A stretch of 64,000 nucleotides of DNA from Candidatus Doudnabacteria bacterium (lineage in GTDB: Bacteria > Patescibacteriota > Doudnabacteria > UBA920), in contig JAHFJJ010000001.1 of the NCBI GenBank assembly GCA_023245895.1, positions 7,621-71,620 of the forward strand, given 5' to 3'. Positions 62,044 through 64,000 of this stretch are shown here, one piece after another. Under the pieces are notes generated by a model, which saw only the letters and a list, made by a program, of their open reading frames with translations, did not search any database and was not told where the DNA came from. Numbering within the stretch: the first letter of the stretch is position 1; every line of letters starts with the position of its first letter. Both the position numbers and the translations under genes were made by a program.

Positions 62044-63309
62044 TCAAAATAAACTTGTTTGTTTAGGTTTTTTGAATAATTTTTCTTTTTCGTCCTGCTC
62101 ATATATACGAATTTTTCCGAACACTCCGTCGTAGCCGCCTTCTATGTGAACGTTGCCTTCCCGAACACGCAGAATCGATGTCGATATCTCCGGAGTAGCT
62201 ATTTTGGTAATTCTTTCCTTATCAAAATCTAGTAGAATTTCAAATTCCGGATATTTGGCCACCATTTGCTCATACATTGCTAAAACTTTTTTGCTTTGCG
62301 TACCCACTTCCATAGTATCAGCAATAATTTCTTCCAAAGGGATAACATTTTTAAACGGCACGGCTCTTGATGGGGCAAAACCCAATTCCCTGTCGGCTAA
62401 CTCGTCAACACGGTTTAAAACCCCCACAAGCAGCTTTTTGCCGCAGACCGGACAAATACCTTTTAGTTTTTTAGTCTGCGCTGGCAGGCAGGAAAATTTG
62501 CAGTCACGGTGGCCGTCCAAATGGTATTTTCCTTCTTCGGGAAAAAACTCTAAAGTGTATAAAAATTCTTTAGGGTTTTTACTGTAAAGCACTCTGATAA
62601 TTTCGGAATAAGATAGTTTTTCAGGATTAATTTCAAAAACATTTGCTTCCCTGCCAATCTTCCTTAAAGAATGCGCGTCAGAGTTGGAAGTAAGTGAATA
62701 CTTGTCCAAACCCGAAATTTGCCAGTTCATTTTTGGGTCCGAAGAAAGGCCCGTTTCAATTGCCTTAATATACTTTGCCTGGTCGCCGAAAGCTTCCTCT
62801 ATAGAATTAAAACCGGAAAGCGAACCAAACACCCCAAAATGCGGCGTCCAGGCGTGGGCGGGGATGACTTCGGTTTCCGCAGATGCTTCTTTTACTATCT
62901 TTACTAACTCGTCGCAGTGAATGCCCATAATCGGCCGGCCGTCGGCTTTTAGGTTTGCGCCGCGCTTTTCCAGGCCGCTGATAATTCTATCCACGGCCTC
63001 AAAATTCGGGGCAAAAATCATATTATGGACCCGCCGGACTTTCTCTCCCTGCTTATATATAGAGGAGACTTCGGATGTCAGCATAAAGTAAGCCCGTGCC
63101 GATTTATCTTTCAATTGGTATAACCCAGGCCTTACTTCTTCAAGAGCCTCTTTTAATTCCATTAGCCATTTTGGATGCGTAAAATCTCCGGTGCCAATTA
63201 CCTGTATGCCTTTTTTATCCGCCCAGTGGCCAATATTTTTTGGGTTTAAATCCTGCGAGCAGGCCCTGGAATATTTACTGTGAATTTGGAGGTCGGCTAT
63301 CACGCGCAT
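62044..63309 (-). CDS. PHP-domain protein with a zinc finger, endonuclease Q (TIGR00375)-like
   Basis: N-terminal ADLQIHSKYS (a PHP metal-binding His pair) and other His/Asp ligands (HAWTPHFG; SDAH). A CPVCG zinc finger. 421 aa, the size of EndoQ. Confidence 0.55.
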   Translation of the reverse strand: MRVIADLQIHSKYSRACSQDLNPKNIGHWADKKGIQVIGTGDFTHPKWLMELKEALEEVRPGLYQLKDKSARAYFMLTSEVSSIYKQGEKVRRVHNMIFAPNFEAVDRIISGLEKRGANLKADGRPIMGIHCDELVKIVKEASAETEVIPAHAWTPHFGVFGSLSGFNSIEEAFGDQAKYIKAIETGLSSDPKMNWQISGLDKYSLTSNSDAHSLRKIGREANVFEINPEKLSYSEIIRVLYSKNPKEFLYTLEFFPEEGKYHLDGHRDCKFSCLPAQTKKLKGICPVCGKKLLVGVLNRVDELADRELGFAPSRAVPFKNVIPLEEIIADTMEVGTQSKKVLAMYEQMVAKYPEFEILLDFDKERITKIATPEISTSILRVREGNVHIEGGYDGVFGKIRIYEQDEKEKLFKKPKQTSLF

Positions 63310-63333
63310 AAGTTATCTGTTATAATGATTGCT

Positions 63334-64000
63334 ATGAATAATCAGGATTATTTAAAAATTGCTATACAAGCCGCTAAAGCCTGCGGTCCTATGTTTAAAA
63401 AAACTTTTGGGAATGCCCCAGGTGTTACAAGCAAGAATAACGACCCGGCCAACTTGGTTACCGAAACGGACAAGGCTATTGAACTGAAAATTAGGAAGAT
63501 GCTTAATAAAAATTTCCCATCACACAAAATTATCGGCGAAGAGTTCTCAAAGGACGTTGTAGGGAAAAAAGATTTTGTTTGGGCCATTGACCCAATAGAC
63601 GGCACCACCAACTACATTCATGGCCTTCCTTTTTGCTGTATTTCTATAGGCTTGTGGGATGGCCAAGGGCCTTTAGTAGCGGCCCTTTACAACCCACTTT
63701 TAAAACAACTGTTTACCGCCATTCGCGGCAAAGGCGCCTGGCTTAACCAAAAGCCTATTAAGACATCAAACCAAAAAAAACTTAAAGATGCTTTTGGCGC
63801 GCTTGGCTGGATGAATATGGACGACGGCATAAAATTGTTTGCCGATATAGTTAAAAATTCCCGCAGGCCCCGGGTGCTGGCCAGTTCTGCTCTGCAAATT
63901 TGCCTGGTCGCTTCGGGGAATTTGGACTATTACGCGACTACCGATGTAAAAATTTGGGATTTTGCCGCGGCTGTGCTTGTCTTAACTGAAGCCGGCGGCC
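63334..64000 (+). CDS. Inositol monophosphatase-family protein (SuhB/IMPase-like); the 3' end lies outside the window
   Basis: WAIDPIDGTTNYIHGLPFF is the IMPase metal-binding signature, with the upstream EE..G motif (IGEEF). The frame is open to the window edge. The track ORF 63348-63611 on the opposite strand is antisense to it. Confidence 0.75.
   Translation, partial: MNNQDYLKIAIQAAKACGPMFKKTFGNAPGVTSKNNDPANLVTETDKAIELKIRKMLNKNFPSHKIIGEEFSKDVVGKKDFVWAIDPIDGTTNYIHGLPFCCISIGLWDGQGPLVAALYNPLLKQLFTAIRGKGAWLNQKPIKTSNQKKLKDAFGALGWMNMDDGIKLFADIVKNSRRPRVLASSALQICLVASGNLDYYATTDVKIWDFAAAVLVLTEAGG

Noticed and set aside
63348-63611. 87 aa ORF on the minus strand
   Set aside because: It is antisense to the well-supported IMPase-family gene (WAIDPIDGTTNY motif) on the plus strand.
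1-64000. CRISPR array
   Set aside because: The many palindromes are dispersed singly or as inverted doublets, not as regularly spaced direct repeats with unique spacers. No cas gene motifs were seen.

Overview
This 64 kb window comes from a low-GC bacterium (roughly 40-45 % G+C by eye; nothing was computed) and is dense with short genes and hairpin repeats. I cannot assign a taxon from sequence alone.

Core content:
- A purine cluster purM(partial)-purC-purB, with an IS200-like REP-associated Y1 transposase (RAYT) between purC and purB.
- A complete cytochrome bo3-type quinol oxidase operon, cyoA-B-C-D-E.
- Housekeeping genes on the minus strand: dnaG-rpoD, ppsA, lysA, lysC, an ABC-F ATPase, mscL (fused to a zinc ribbon) and a lytic transglycosylase.
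- A PAS-GGDEF-EAL protein with an adjacent response-regulator receiver gene.
- Two tRNAs: Asn(GTT) on the minus strand and Ser(GGA) on the plus strand.

Accessory content and unusual features:
- Many small detox/stress genes: two DinB paralogs, four VOC/PhnB-family proteins, GNAT, HAD, PNPOx, YdeI, DUF1801, two GlsB/YmgE paralogs and an MFS transporter.
- A higher-GC island at about 17.2-23.5 kb that encodes an unmistakable major vault protein (MVP) homolog.
- A decayed integrative island abutting tRNA-Asn. It carries a Doc/Fic-like protein with a mutated motif, a PrimPol-SF2 helicase fusion, a PD-(D/E)xK-like nuclease and a large serine recombinase that has lost its catalytic domain.
- At least three families of short palindromic elements, including REPs that cap gene ends.
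- Several of these elements sit inside ORFs in frame, extending cyoB, cyoE, rpoD, the ABC-F gene and a lipoprotein-like gene, much like Rickettsia palindromic elements.
- A GIY-YIG nuclease domain inserted in frame into a DHFR-family gene. A paralogous free-standing GIY-YIG cassette sits next to tRNA-Asn beside a duplicated tRNA 5' half.

All calls come from reading motifs and repeats by eye; no database searches were run.
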